In this document: positions 45,323-55,007 of the stretch, in pieces
Position numbering within the stretch: position 1 is the stretch's first letter
Layout of the letters: the number at the start of each line of letters is the position of its first letter
Assembly: GCA_963422615.1 (NCBI GenBank)
Contig: OY730414.1
Location: 1,240,001 to 1,304,000 of the forward strand
DNA length: 64,000 bases
Reading direction: 5' to 3'
From: Longimicrobiales bacterium
Lineage (GTDB): Bacteria; Gemmatimonadota; Gemmatimonadetes; Longimicrobiales; Gaopeijiaceae
Notes under the pieces: generated by a model
What the model was told of the DNA's origin: nothing
The model's input: only the letters and a program-made list of their open reading frames with translations
Database searches by the model: none
Position numbers and translations under genes: made by a program

Positions 45323-46467
45323 CGGTACCAACCCGTTGACTCGGCTTGATGGAACCCATCAGGGGCGGGTTCCCCAACCGACCGGAGGAGTTCGGATGGG
45401 TCGGTGCTGTGCTTCAGCGCCTCTTCCAGGGCTACCTCCCCGTTGAGATAGAGCTTGGCGAGGGCCTCGTCCAAGGTCTGCATGCCATGTTTTTTTCCGG
45501 CTTGCATGAGGGAGTGGATTTGGTGGACCTTCTCGTCCCGGACCACTGCGCGGATGGCCGGCGTGCACACCATGACTTCGACCGCCGCGACCCGATCCCG
45601 TCTCCGGTCGCGGGGAAGCAGAATCTGGGTGACCACGCCTTGCAACACGGCTGCCAACTGCTTTCGAGCCTGGGTCTGCTGTCGGTAGGGGAAAGTGTCG
45701 ATGATCCGGTTGATGGATTCTGCGGCCGAGCTGGTGTGGAGGGTTGCGAGTACGAGATGCCCCGTCTCGGCGATGGTCAGGGCCGCTCTAGTCGTCTCCG
45801 AATCCCTCATCTCCCCGATGAGAATCACGTCGGGGTCTTGTCGAAGCGCGTGCTTGAGCGCGGCGGCGAAGCTTCGGGTGTCGCCCCCGATCTCCCGCTG
45901 ACTGACGATGCACCGGCGGGGCTGGTGGACGAATTCGATGGGGTCTTCGATGGCGATGATGTGACCTTGCCGTTCTCGGTTGATCTTGTCGACCATGGCG
46001 GCGAGGGTTGTGGACTTGCCCGACCCGGTGGGTCCGGTTACGAGCACCAGCCCTCTGGGTTGTCGTGCGAGATGGTTCAGCACCGGCGGCATTCCCAGTT
46101 GATTCAAGGGAGTGACGCAGTACGGGATTTGACGGATCGCCAACGCGATGCACCCCCGTTGGCGGAAGCAGTTGCCCCGGAAGCGCGCCAGCTCCTGGAC
46201 CTCGAAGGAAAAATCCAGATCGTCTTCCGCCTTGAAGCGCTCCCGCTGGTCCGGGGAGAGGATGGAGTACGCTAGACGCCGGGTATCTTCCCGCAGAAGC
46301 CTTTGGCCGGAACCGGTCTCCGTCAGGGCTCCGTTGATCCGGAGGACGGGGGGGTGGCCGGCGGTGATGTGGAGGTCGGATGCGCCCCGCCGGACCATTT
46401 CCCTTAGCAGTCCGTCCAGCTCCAGAGGCCTAGGCCCGGCGTCCCTCACGGGCGAGTCGTTACCCAT
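45319..46467 (-). CDS. pilT: Type IV pilus retraction ATPase PilT
   Basis: ASDLH, GPTGSGKST, IEDPIE, LRQDPDVILIGEMRD, ETGH, AIRNLIRE-like AIRAVVRD, GMQT. Confidence 0.94.
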   Translation of the reverse strand: MGNDSPVRDAGPRPLELDGLLREMVRRGASDLHITAGHPPVLRINGALTETGSGQRLLREDTRRLAYSILSPDQRERFKAEDDLDFSFEVQELARFRGNCFRQRGCIALAIRQIPYCVTPLNQLGMPPVLNHLARQPRGLVLVTGPTGSGKSTTLAAMVDKINRERQGHIIAIEDPIEFVHQPRRCIVSQREIGGDTRSFAAALKHALRQDPDVILIGEMRDSETTRAALTIAETGHLVLATLHTSSAAESINRIIDTFPYRQQTQARKQLAAVLQGVVTQILLPRDRRRDRVAAVEVMVCTPAIRAVVRDEKVHQIHSLMQAGKKHGMQTLDEALAKLYLNGEVALEEALKHSTDPSELLRSVGEPAPDGFHQAESTGWYR

Positions 46468-47120
46468 GGCGCGAGTCGAGCAAAGGTCTTGGCCCCGATT
46501 CCCTGCACATCCATGAGTTCCTTCGGGTCGACAAAGCCCCCGCGCTTGTTCCGAAGGGCGACGATGCGCCCGGCCATGACCGGACCCACGCCCGGCAGTT
46601 CCTGCAGTTCGGCCTCCGTCGCCCGGTTCAAGTGGACGGGGACTCCCGGAGCGGCTGCCCCGACGGAAGAGGTTTGCAGGGCTCGCGGGTTGTTGCGCTG
46701 GGCGGGACGGGATGAGGCGGTCGCCGCGCGGATCTTGAGGTACGGAGTAAGGCGCTCCACGGACTTGGGGCCCAGACCGGGCACTCGGGCCAAGTCCTCC
46801 GCCCGGGTGAAGGGGCCGTTTTGCTCCCGATCCTCCACGATGCGGCGTGCCTTCGACGCGCCCACCCCCGGCAGACGGTCCAAATCCTCTGCCCCGGCTA
46901 CATTCGGGTCGATCGTCTCTCCCGGTTCGAACGGACGGCTTCGGCGTTCGTTCTCGTCGGCGACGGAGTCACCCGCCTCAATGAGGCTGTCCGCAATGGA
47001 GGGACGTCCCTCCAGGGGCGAATCCGCCGGATCGGGCACGGCCACCACCTGCCGGATGACGGCGGCGCCCAGAAGAAACAGTGCCGCCCGGAGCATGTTC
47101 GTGCGCTCCCTGCTACTCAT
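46446..47120 (-). CDS. comEA: ComEA family DNA-binding protein with two helix-hairpin-helix modules
   Basis: N-terminal TM; LDRLPGVG..A..IV..R...GPF and LQELPGVG..A..IV..R...GGF; GAGGAG RBS before ATG 47120. Confidence 0.88.
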   Translation of the reverse strand: MSSRERTNMLRAALFLLGAAVIRQVVAVPDPADSPLEGRPSIADSLIEAGDSVADENERRSRPFEPGETIDPNVAGAEDLDRLPGVGASKARRIVEDREQNGPFTRAEDLARVPGLGPKSVERLTPYLKIRAATASSRPAQRNNPRALQTSSVGAAAPGVPVHLNRATEAELQELPGVGPVMAGRIVALRNKRGGFVDPKELMDVQGIGAKTFARLAPWVTTRP

Positions 47121-47295
47121 GGATCTCCTCCCGTAAGGTGCGGCACCGACGCGCAAGTCCTTAGGCGGGCGGTGCGGGCTTGTGGGCCGGAACGAGGAGC
47201 GTGACATCCCTGGGCGGGCGCCTCCATGCCCAATCGGGACCGGTTTGGGAAAGAGCGTCCCGGGGAGAAATGGGGCGTCCAGCCTCGGAGGCCGC

Positions 47296-50200
47296 TTACG
47301 ATGAGTTCAGGAGAAGGTCCGGCGTGAGCAGGAAGTGGCCGAAGAGGTTGAGCTGAAACCGGGTTGTGCCCACCTGCTGGCCGACAAAAGAGCGGCGGTC
47401 CAGGTAGCGGAACCGGAGCCCCAGCTGGAAGTCCCGCAAGGAGGAATCGAGTGAGAGGGAGGCGATCCGCTCCAGTTGGTCGATGAACGCGACGCAAGGA
47501 CTTCCCAGACTCCCGACCCGGCACTGCGTTTCGTTTCGGTACCGCAGATCCAACGTGATTCGGAGGGGTGCGCCCCGTTCCCGGAACGACTTCAAGGGGG
47601 AAGGGAAGGTGGCGGAGGCAAGGAGGGAGTGGGAGCTGCCCGCCCGCTTTGTGTTGCCGGCGGGATCGACGCTTTTCCCCCGATCAAGCCGGCTCCGGTA
47701 GATCAGGGTTGTACTTTCGGGAAACCCGAGCGTCAGAGACACCGGAATACTCCGGTCTTCCCGGAAACGGCTCTGCTGGGTGCCGGTGCCAAACGCCAGG
47801 CTCCTCATCTCTTTTCGGTATCCGGAGCTCGCCGAAAGGCGCGCCACGACGGTGCGAAAGAAGCCCGGCAGCGGCATGTCCGCGACCTCGGCCCGAACGT
47901 CCGGCCACACCCTGCGCAGGCTCTCCCTGTCGGACCGGGTGTCCAGGGTTTCGGCGAGGGACCGGTCGTAGGCAAGACCGACGGAAGCGGACCCGGGCAG
48001 TCGGAGTCCGCCCCTTGCGCTGATTCGGTTCCCCTCGCCTAGGGTAGCCGCCGAATCGGTGCCGATTCTCAGAAAGTTGGTTCGGCCGCCCCAGCCCAGC
48101 TGATACCCGGCCCCCGGTTCGACGGAATCGCGATTGAACCGGGACGTGAAACCGTTGGACCAAGTGACGGAAAGGGGATCGAAGGAGCGAGCCCACCAAT
48201 CGATCAAGGCGTTACGCCCCTCCTCCGGGGGGAGTTGTCCGGGATGAAGGGAAAAGGTGGCGGTAAGGTTCCTCTGTCCGTCGACGTTGCGCAGCAGCAC
48301 CGGGGTCGGGTCCGACCCGGGTCCGCTGCCTTTCAGGTCGGGATTCCGTTGGGACAGGTAGAGGGTGTTCATCTGTAGAGATGTATTGGCCCAGTCCGGG
48401 AGCCGGGGACGATAGGAGATGCGGGTTCGAAGCTGGCGGTCCACCTCCCACCCCAAGTCCACGCCGGCCGTCCTTCTTCGCTCGGTGGCGATGAGCGCCC
48501 GGGTTTCCGGGTCGCTGGTCAAGCGCTCCACGTCCAGCAAGTCGCGTCCGCTCACCAGGTCGGCCTCGGTGGTCAGGGATTCCAGGGGGCGGAGGACGAC
48601 GCGCGCCATCGTCGTCAATAGCCGTCGGGGCGATTCCGTCGCGCTCGCTGCGGCGTCGTCCGCGCTCTCAACGATTCTGTCAAAGCGGAACGTGCTGAGA
48701 TCTCTCTTCAGAAAGTCGCTCTCAAAGCGGAAACTCTCGGGCGTCCAACGAAGGCGAGCGTTGGCGACACGTTCTTCGAGAAAAGAGGGCAGGATCGCCC
48801 GAACCAGGGCGCTCATCCGTCCCGGAAAGAGGGGGATGTCCCCCCGCCCGGGGTTGGCGGCGTAACCCGCGAACACCTCGATTCCACCCCCTTCGCTCCT
48901 CGTTGTAATGGTCTGGAAGAACGAGCGGGTTGCTCCTCCCCGCAGGGCGAATCCGTCCAGCACTGCGTTCCAGAAACCGCCGTCCGACCGACTCCGGCGG
49001 CGCAGGGAAAGGTCGATCCGGGTGCGCTTGAACCCGGGGTTCCGGAGACCGGGAAGTCGATCGGCACGCACGTCGCTCCGACCCAGAAAGATGGGCGCTT
49101 GGTCCTCGCGTTCGTAGGTGACGGACAGGGGCATGTCCAGCCCCCAGGACCCCGGTGCAAAGCGGTCGAGCTGGAGGGTGGTCAGGAGGTCCAGGGCCCG
49201 ATCGTCTTGGAAGGAGGGGTTCCCTCGAAGCTGTCGGAAGAATCCTCCGTGGCTCCGGTATGTGGCCCGGGAGTAAAGAAAATCCCCCCCCCGGACTTCC
49301 GTGTCGAAAGCCGCCACCATGTCTCCGTCCCGGATGCTGCGGCTCAGCCGAAGCTCGTTCACCCAAAGCTCGCCCGAAACCGGGGCGTTGGTTTCGTTCG
49401 CCATCCCCATGGCGATCTCTCTCACCGAAGCCAGATTCGGAGCCCGGCCCCGGTCCTGAAGCACGACGGCATACGCGGAGTCGGCGGACCAGATGACGAG
49501 CGGGGAGTCGCCCGGCGTCCTGCCCTCGAGAATGAGCTGTTCTTCGGCTTGGCGCCGGAGGGCGAGCCACTCGTCGAACCGGATGACGACCTCCGGGAGC
49601 CAGTCTTCTTTCTGCACGGCCCGGGAAGAGGCTGCGGGGTCCAAGCGAGTGCGATACAGGTAGAAGTTCCGGTCGTCGGTCCCCACCTTGACGAAAAAGT
49701 AGCTGGGCACGCCCGCTCCGAAGCCGCCTTTGGGTGCAACCGCCCACAGTCGCATCTCCCGGTAGGACAGGAAGTCCCGGGGCCGTTGCGGAAACCGGTT
49801 GTAGACCTCGACCCGGTCTCCCGGCGGTACGTCTTGAAAGCGAACCGACAGGGAGCGTTCGTTGAACTCGATTCCCTGTCCGCCAAAGGCCGCTGTCGGG
49901 TCGTCCAGCTGTTCGATCACCCCGGGGGGAGACGCGTACGACTCTCCGGCGGTGAGCCTGGAGACCGGCCCTACTTCGACCCGGCCCTGAACGGACCCCT
50001 CACTGCCCCCGAGCCCCTTCAGCACGCCCGAAAGGGATCGCTTGATCCAGGTGGACCCTACGATCCCCATCCGGGCGAGGACGAATGAGTCGGTGCGCTT
50101 GCCGGTGACGGTCAGGCGAAGATGGCGCACGGCGCGCAACTCCGCGTCCGCGATGCTCCCGCCGACATCCAACCCCGACGGGTCCCGGAGGGGCACCCGG

Positions 50201-53200
50201 TACAGGCGAAAGGCGGTTCCCGTTTCCTCCCGGTCTCGAACGAGGAAGGGAGATGACCCGTTAAGGGGGATCACGAAGCGCCGATACCGCTCCAGAGTAT
50301 CCAGATTTCCGTCTTCGTTAAGGTCCTCCGAATCGGGTCTTCCGTTCCCCCGAGTGCAGTTGGCGGCGGGGTCCCCCAAACGGTACACGCGGCCCCGCTG
50401 CGCGAAGCAGATCTCGTCCCACACGCCCCGTCCGTCGGCTACGTTCCCCCAAACTTCACCGCGACGGGGATCTGCCTCCTGGTCCAGGACTCCCAGGCCC
50501 CACTGGACACCCGCGCCGGGCTTGATCCCGTTCAACACCCCGGTTTCGTGGACGAAGAAGGCATCCTCGCTCACCACGCCCACGTCCAGGATCAGATTGA
50601 GGAGGTCCCCGTCCCGGATATAGAATTCGATGAAGTCGCTTTTTGTGAGGTCGGCGCCGGTGGGGCTTAGAACCGTCGTGATCGAGGACCATGCGGACCA
50701 TGCGCCCAGCCCTTCCACGTTTCCGCTCCCCGGCCGGAATCGGACGAACAGGCCGGGCTCCCGGACGGCGCTGCCGCGAATCCGGATCTGCTGATCGATA
50801 TCGGCGCTGGGGCTAAATCCCTGAAAGACCCCCAGGCTGTCCCCGCCCACTCCCTCCTTGATCCAGACGTGCTGCCACGTCAGCTGGGCCGCCGAGGCCG
50901 CCGACATAACCGGGGGGAGCACCTCTTCGGCCCCGTCCCGAAACGACGGTCTGCTGCCCCGCCGCCAGTCCGGGCTGCGGACCGACAGCAGGCGGTTGTT
51001 CAGACCGTCATAGTCGTCCAGATACACATCACCCTGGGTGTTCGGGTTCGGCAGTGAGACCGCGGTCTCCCCGGAGAGACGAACAGACGACGTGTCGCCG
51101 GGCGCCAGGCCGGGTATGGCATTCAGCACCCGGGTAAGGAAGGGAGCGTCGAGGTTCAGGTTTCCGTTGACGCCGCCGAGTCCGACGGCGCCGGCTTCGA
51201 CCCCCAGTTGAGGGCGCCTGACAAGCTCGTTCTCGTTCTGGTAGAGGCTTGTCAGGTTGACGGTGCCGTAGTCTCCCATGTCGTACCGGGCGTTGACGCC
51301 GAGGACGGACGTGGGGGCCACCTGAAAGAAGCTCCGCTGCTCCCAGGAGACGTCCAGCGTCCGCCCCAAGTTCGTGGCGAGGAGTCCCGTCGGGTCCGTG
51401 AGGGTGATGTGACCCACATCGTAGTCGATCACGTAGTCTGCGTCCCGTTCCAGCACCCGGTCTCCCAGGACCACCCGCTCCGTACCTTCGCGAATCCCGA
51501 CCGCCCCCAGGGCGAAGGAGGACAAAGGCCCTTCTCCCCGAACCTCGTAGGAGAGATTCAGCCGGAAGACCCCGCCGTTCTCCCGCTCGAAGGGGTCGGT
51601 TTCCCGGTAGATGCGCGCGTTGCGGTTGGAGCCGAGAATCTTCCTGACCTCCTCCGGATCGAGAGACAGGCTTCTCAGGGGCGCGGGGTTGGCGAAAGGT
51701 TCCAACGCCGGGAAGATGATGAAGATCCCCGAGACCGGCGGTCGGTCGTCGAAGGAGTCCAGGGCGGGGCGGTAAACCTGGGATTCGTCGAGGCGGTCCG
51801 CGGGGGCCTCTTCGTCCAGCCCGAAAAGGCGCATCCAGGTTACGTCGTCTCCGTTGGGGTGCCGGGCAAAGGTTCGTCCCGCGCTCTGCTCCCCGAGGGA
51901 CACGGTGAGTTCAACGGAGCCGGGGTCCACCTCGTTCGAGGAGGAAACGCGGTACACCTGGTGCATTTCCGTCCGCCACGTGGGCCCGCCGGGCTGGTGT
52001 TGGGCCGACGACGCCCTGAGCAGCCTCAGGCGGGGGCGTTCTCCTTTTCGGTGCGCGCGCTCCGGATTGTAGGTGCCGACCGTGTCTCCGGTTGCGGTGA
52101 CATAGGTGACGGCGAGCATTTCGTCGGGTCTCAGGGGGGAGCGGAGAACGACCCAGAGCCCGCTCGGGTGGACTACGTAGTCCTGGCCGGGCTGAAGATA
52201 CCGGAACCAAGCCGATTCGCTCACCGTGTCGGCTTCCAAGCTGGCAAAGGCGTCGGCCTGAACGTGGCCCTCCACCTGCTGCCGGGCGTACAGGTCCGTC
52301 TCGGAACGGTAGAGCTGGATCGGGTCTGTCCCCGGCGCGACTGCGGGTGGCGCATCCGAAGGCGTCAGGGAAAGGACATCAACATAGGGATAATCGAAGA
52401 ACGCCGCGGGATCGAAAAGGAAGAAGAACTGGCCGTCAACGTAATCCGCGTCGTCCAAGACCAGCGTGTCGGCTCGGGAGACGCTCCGGCCCGAACCTTC
52501 CAGCCGCAGCCTTCGGGAGGTCACTTCTCCGGTCTGCTGCGCCCACACGGCCTGAACATCTACGGGACCCGCCTGGAGGGCGGCCTGAAAGCCGAAGTTG
52601 CCTGCGGGAATTGCCTCTCGCAGATAGCGGGACGGGGGCAGGTCGAACCGCACGTCCCCCAGGTTGAGGCGCTGGAGCGCTTCTCCAGGGAGTCCCTGAT
52701 AGCGAATGTTGACCTGGTTCGCCCCTGCGAACTCCCGGGTTTGGTCGTAGTCCACATCCACCCGAATCCGGTTGGTGATCGTTCCGTCGGCGGTTACGGC
52801 GAACCGGATGTCCGGCTGGATCCGTGGCAGGAGCGACACTTCGCAGGTTTCCTGGACGCTCTCGTCGCATGGTCGGAACCGGGTCCACTCCCCGCCGAAC
52901 TGGCCGGTGCCCCGGAGAGAAAAGCCCAGATCGGCAAACTCGGTTCGGAACCTGGGATTTTCCTGGCCCCGTGCGGGCGGTTTCTCCTCCCTCAATTGGG
53001 AGATCCGGGCGGCATCCACGGTACGGCCCAGCCTGCCGAAGCGAAGGGGAGGATTCCGAAGGCCGCCTCCGGTTCCTTCCCCGAGGCGAAAATCGGCTGT
53101 GGCGGCGTCCCCGGCCAGGAATGCGGGGACAGGCCCGAAGCGGGTGACCGGAATCCGGGCACGTCCAAGGCGCAGGAGGAAGACGGCTGCCGGTGGAGAT

Positions 53201-53388
53201 CGAAGGAATCGCACCGGTTGCCTCAGATCCGGAAGGATCCAGGGCACCGTATCCGCGGCGGAAGTCCACCCAACCGGGGGGTTGCGGGCGGTCGCCAGGA
53301 GTGGCTGTAACCCTGAATCTCCCAAGACGTCCGTTCCCGAAGTCGAGATCAGGGCTGTCGCGCCGGCCAGGAACCAGGAAACCGTCAT
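47296..53388 (-). CDS. sprA: SprA/Sov-like giant outer-membrane protein (homologue of the T9SS translocon)
   Basis: 2030 aa; SprA-like segments VDYD, YLDDYDG, NGRPDSEDLN.DG.LD, LYRVPL, LWVNELRL; beta-strand-rich C-terminal half. Confidence 0.8.
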   Translation of the reverse strand: MTVSWFLAGATALISTSGTDVLGDSGLQPLLATARNPPVGWTSAADTVPWILPDLRQPVRFLRSPPAAVFLLRLGRARIPVTRFGPVPAFLAGDAATADFRLGEGTGGGLRNPPLRFGRLGRTVDAARISQLREEKPPARGQENPRFRTEFADLGFSLRGTGQFGGEWTRFRPCDESVQETCEVSLLPRIQPDIRFAVTADGTITNRIRVDVDYDQTREFAGANQVNIRYQGLPGEALQRLNLGDVRFDLPPSRYLREAIPAGNFGFQAALQAGPVDVQAVWAQQTGEVTSRRLRLEGSGRSVSRADTLVLDDADYVDGQFFFLFDPAAFFDYPYVDVLSLTPSDAPPAVAPGTDPIQLYRSETDLYARQQVEGHVQADAFASLEADTVSESAWFRYLQPGQDYVVHPSGLWVVLRSPLRPDEMLAVTYVTATGDTVGTYNPERAHRKGERPRLRLLRASSAQHQPGGPTWRTEMHQVYRVSSSNEVDPGSVELTVSLGEQSAGRTFARHPNGDDVTWMRLFGLDEEAPADRLDESQVYRPALDSFDDRPPVSGIFIIFPALEPFANPAPLRSLSLDPEEVRKILGSNRNARIYRETDPFERENGGVFRLNLSYEVRGEGPLSSFALGAVGIREGTERVVLGDRVLERDADYVIDYDVGHITLTDPTGLLATNLGRTLDVSWEQRSFFQVAPTSVLGVNARYDMGDYGTVNLTSLYQNENELVRRPQLGVEAGAVGLGGVNGNLNLDAPFLTRVLNAIPGLAPGDTSSVRLSGETAVSLPNPNTQGDVYLDDYDGLNNRLLSVRSPDWRRGSRPSFRDGAEEVLPPVMSAASAAQLTWQHVWIKEGVGGDSLGVFQGFSPSADIDQQIRIRGSAVREPGLFVRFRPGSGNVEGLGAWSAWSSITTVLSPTGADLTKSDFIEFYIRDGDLLNLILDVGVVSEDAFFVHETGVLNGIKPGAGVQWGLGVLDQEADPRRGEVWGNVADGRGVWDEICFAQRGRVYRLGDPAANCTRGNGRPDSEDLNEDGNLDTLERYRRFVIPLNGSSPFLVRDREETGTAFRLYRVPLRDPSGLDVGGSIADAELRAVRHLRLTVTGKRTDSFVLARMGIVGSTWIKRSLSGVLKGLGGSEGSVQGRVEVGPVSRLTAGESYASPPGVIEQLDDPTAAFGGQGIEFNERSLSVRFQDVPPGDRVEVYNRFPQRPRDFLSYREMRLWAVAPKGGFGAGVPSYFFVKVGTDDRNFYLYRTRLDPAASSRAVQKEDWLPEVVIRFDEWLALRRQAEEQLILEGRTPGDSPLVIWSADSAYAVVLQDRGRAPNLASVREIAMGMANETNAPVSGELWVNELRLSRSIRDGDMVAAFDTEVRGGDFLYSRATYRSHGGFFRQLRGNPSFQDDRALDLLTTLQLDRFAPGSWGLDMPLSVTYEREDQAPIFLGRSDVRADRLPGLRNPGFKRTRIDLSLRRRSRSDGGFWNAVLDGFALRGGATRSFFQTITTRSEGGGIEVFAGYAANPGRGDIPLFPGRMSALVRAILPSFLEERVANARLRWTPESFRFESDFLKRDLSTFRFDRIVESADDAAASATESPRRLLTTMARVVLRPLESLTTEADLVSGRDLLDVERLTSDPETRALIATERRRTAGVDLGWEVDRQLRTRISYRPRLPDWANTSLQMNTLYLSQRNPDLKGSGPGSDPTPVLLRNVDGQRNLTATFSLHPGQLPPEEGRNALIDWWARSFDPLSVTWSNGFTSRFNRDSVEPGAGYQLGWGGRTNFLRIGTDSAATLGEGNRISARGGLRLPGSASVGLAYDRSLAETLDTRSDRESLRRVWPDVRAEVADMPLPGFFRTVVARLSASSGYRKEMRSLAFGTGTQQSRFREDRSIPVSLTLGFPESTTLIYRSRLDRGKSVDPAGNTKRAGSSHSLLASATFPSPLKSFRERGAPLRITLDLRYRNETQCRVGSLGSPCVAFIDQLERIASLSLDSSLRDFQLGLRFRYLDRRSFVGQQVGTTRFQLNLFGHFLLTPDLLLNSS

Positions 53389-53594
53389 GGTGGGCTGCTT
53401 CCGCGGGCAAGCCCTCGGGGGACGGGACGCCGGTTCACGGAACCCGGTCCGAATCGGTTACATTCTTCGGGCGGGAGACGTCGCTCGGGCCTTGATGTGC
53501 CGGAGACAGGTGCAGTGCAACGCCAAAGGCGCCTTCCGACGTCGGAGAAGTGACCCGCTCCTGCTTTCGCTGCGCCCCTCGAACCGTGCCGACC

Positions 53595-55007
53595 ATGAGG
53601 ATCCTGACCCGGTATCTGATTCGATCCCACGCCGGGCCCTTCGCCTTCGCGTTCACTCTCTTTACCGGGATGCTGTTCGTCAACACCGTCGCGCAGGGGC
53701 TCGATGAATTGGTGGGCAAGGGACTTCCCCTTCGAGTCATTGCCGAAGCCCTGCTCCTCTCGCTTCCCCATACCATCGCCGTCACCCTTCCCATGGCCGT
53801 CCTCGTGGCGGTCCTCTACACCGCCACCGAATTGGCGTCGGCAAGCGAGATCATCGCCATGTCCGCCAGCGGCGTGCAGCCCCGGAGCCTGATCCTCCCC
53901 ACGGTGCTCATGGGAGCCCTGATGGGAACGGTGACATATGTCTTCAATGACCAGATCCTCCCGGCTGCCAACCATCGGCTCAAGAATCTGCAATCATCCA
54001 TTCACGCGAAGAGCCCCACCTTCAACCTCCGGGCAAGGGCGGTCAACCGGATCGAGGCGGAAGACGGGTTGGGTCCGTACTTCCTGAAGGCGGCGGTCAT
54101 TGACCCCGCCGCCTCCGAGCTCACCGACGTCGTCATCTATGATATGAGTCGACCCGGTTTTCGGCGCACGACCTATGCGGCGCGGGGAGAAATGTCTCTG
54201 AACGCGTCCCTCACGAATCTGCACCTTCGGCTTCACGAAGGGCGGACCTTCGAGGTGGGAAATGGGGAGCTGGGATCGTTTCAGCAAACCGAATTCAAGG
54301 AGCAGCTGTATGTGCTTCGGGGCATCGGAGATGTGTTCGAGAGCTACCACAGTGACCAGCGAAGTGACCGGGAGATGTCGGTGGCCATGCTGCGCAACGC
54401 GGTCCACGAAACCTTGACCGAACTCGACTCGGTTCGGCAGGAATCCCGTGAACGGACGCTGGAGACGGTGGAGCGAGCGGTGGGTCTGGATCCGACATGG
54501 GATTCTCTTCGCAACGCGGCCCCCCGATTTTCCGATGGCGCGCCCAGGCTTCCCCCCGACGATCTGACCCAAGGGGCCTCCATTTCGGCCCGCACCCACG
54601 CAGTCCGGGCCGATGCCCTTCGCAAGCGGGCAAATCAGTACCGGGTCGAAATCCACAAGAAGTTCGTCATCCCCACTGCGTGCATCGTCTTCGTTCTTTT
54701 CGGACTTCCTGCGGGCGTGCGTTTCCCCCGGGGCGGAGTGGGCCTGGTCATCTTTGTCTCCACCGCAGTCCTCGCGGTCTATCAAGTGGTCCTTACCGAT
54801 GGGGAGGCCCTGGCCGATCGAAACCTCGTCCACCCCTTCTGGGCCATGTGGACGCCCAATCTCGTCTTTTTCGCCGTGGGGGTCTTTATGGTCTCCCGCA
54901 TGGGCCGGTGGATTGCTTCGGTGCGGGGTGGAGACTGGCGAGAAATCGGGCACGCGATCGGAAGACTGTTTCGTTCATCCATCCGAAATCGGAAACGGAT
55001 GACATGA
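53595..55007 (+). CDS. lptF: LPS export permease LptF
   Basis: MRILTRY, LPMAVL, SEIIAM..SG, EIHKKF, MWTPN; paired with lptG. Confidence 0.88.
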   Translation: MRILTRYLIRSHAGPFAFAFTLFTGMLFVNTVAQGLDELVGKGLPLRVIAEALLLSLPHTIAVTLPMAVLVAVLYTATELASASEIIAMSASGVQPRSLILPTVLMGALMGTVTYVFNDQILPAANHRLKNLQSSIHAKSPTFNLRARAVNRIEAEDGLGPYFLKAAVIDPAASELTDVVIYDMSRPGFRRTTYAARGEMSLNASLTNLHLRLHEGRTFEVGNGELGSFQQTEFKEQLYVLRGIGDVFESYHSDQRSDREMSVAMLRNAVHETLTELDSVRQESRERTLETVERAVGLDPTWDSLRNAAPRFSDGAPRLPPDDLTQGASISARTHAVRADALRKRANQYRVEIHKKFVIPTACIVFVLFGLPAGVRFPRGGVGLVIFVSTAVLAVYQVVLTDGEALADRNLVHPFWAMWTPNLVFFAVGVFMVSRMGRWIASVRGGDWREIGHAIGRLFRSSIRNRKRMT

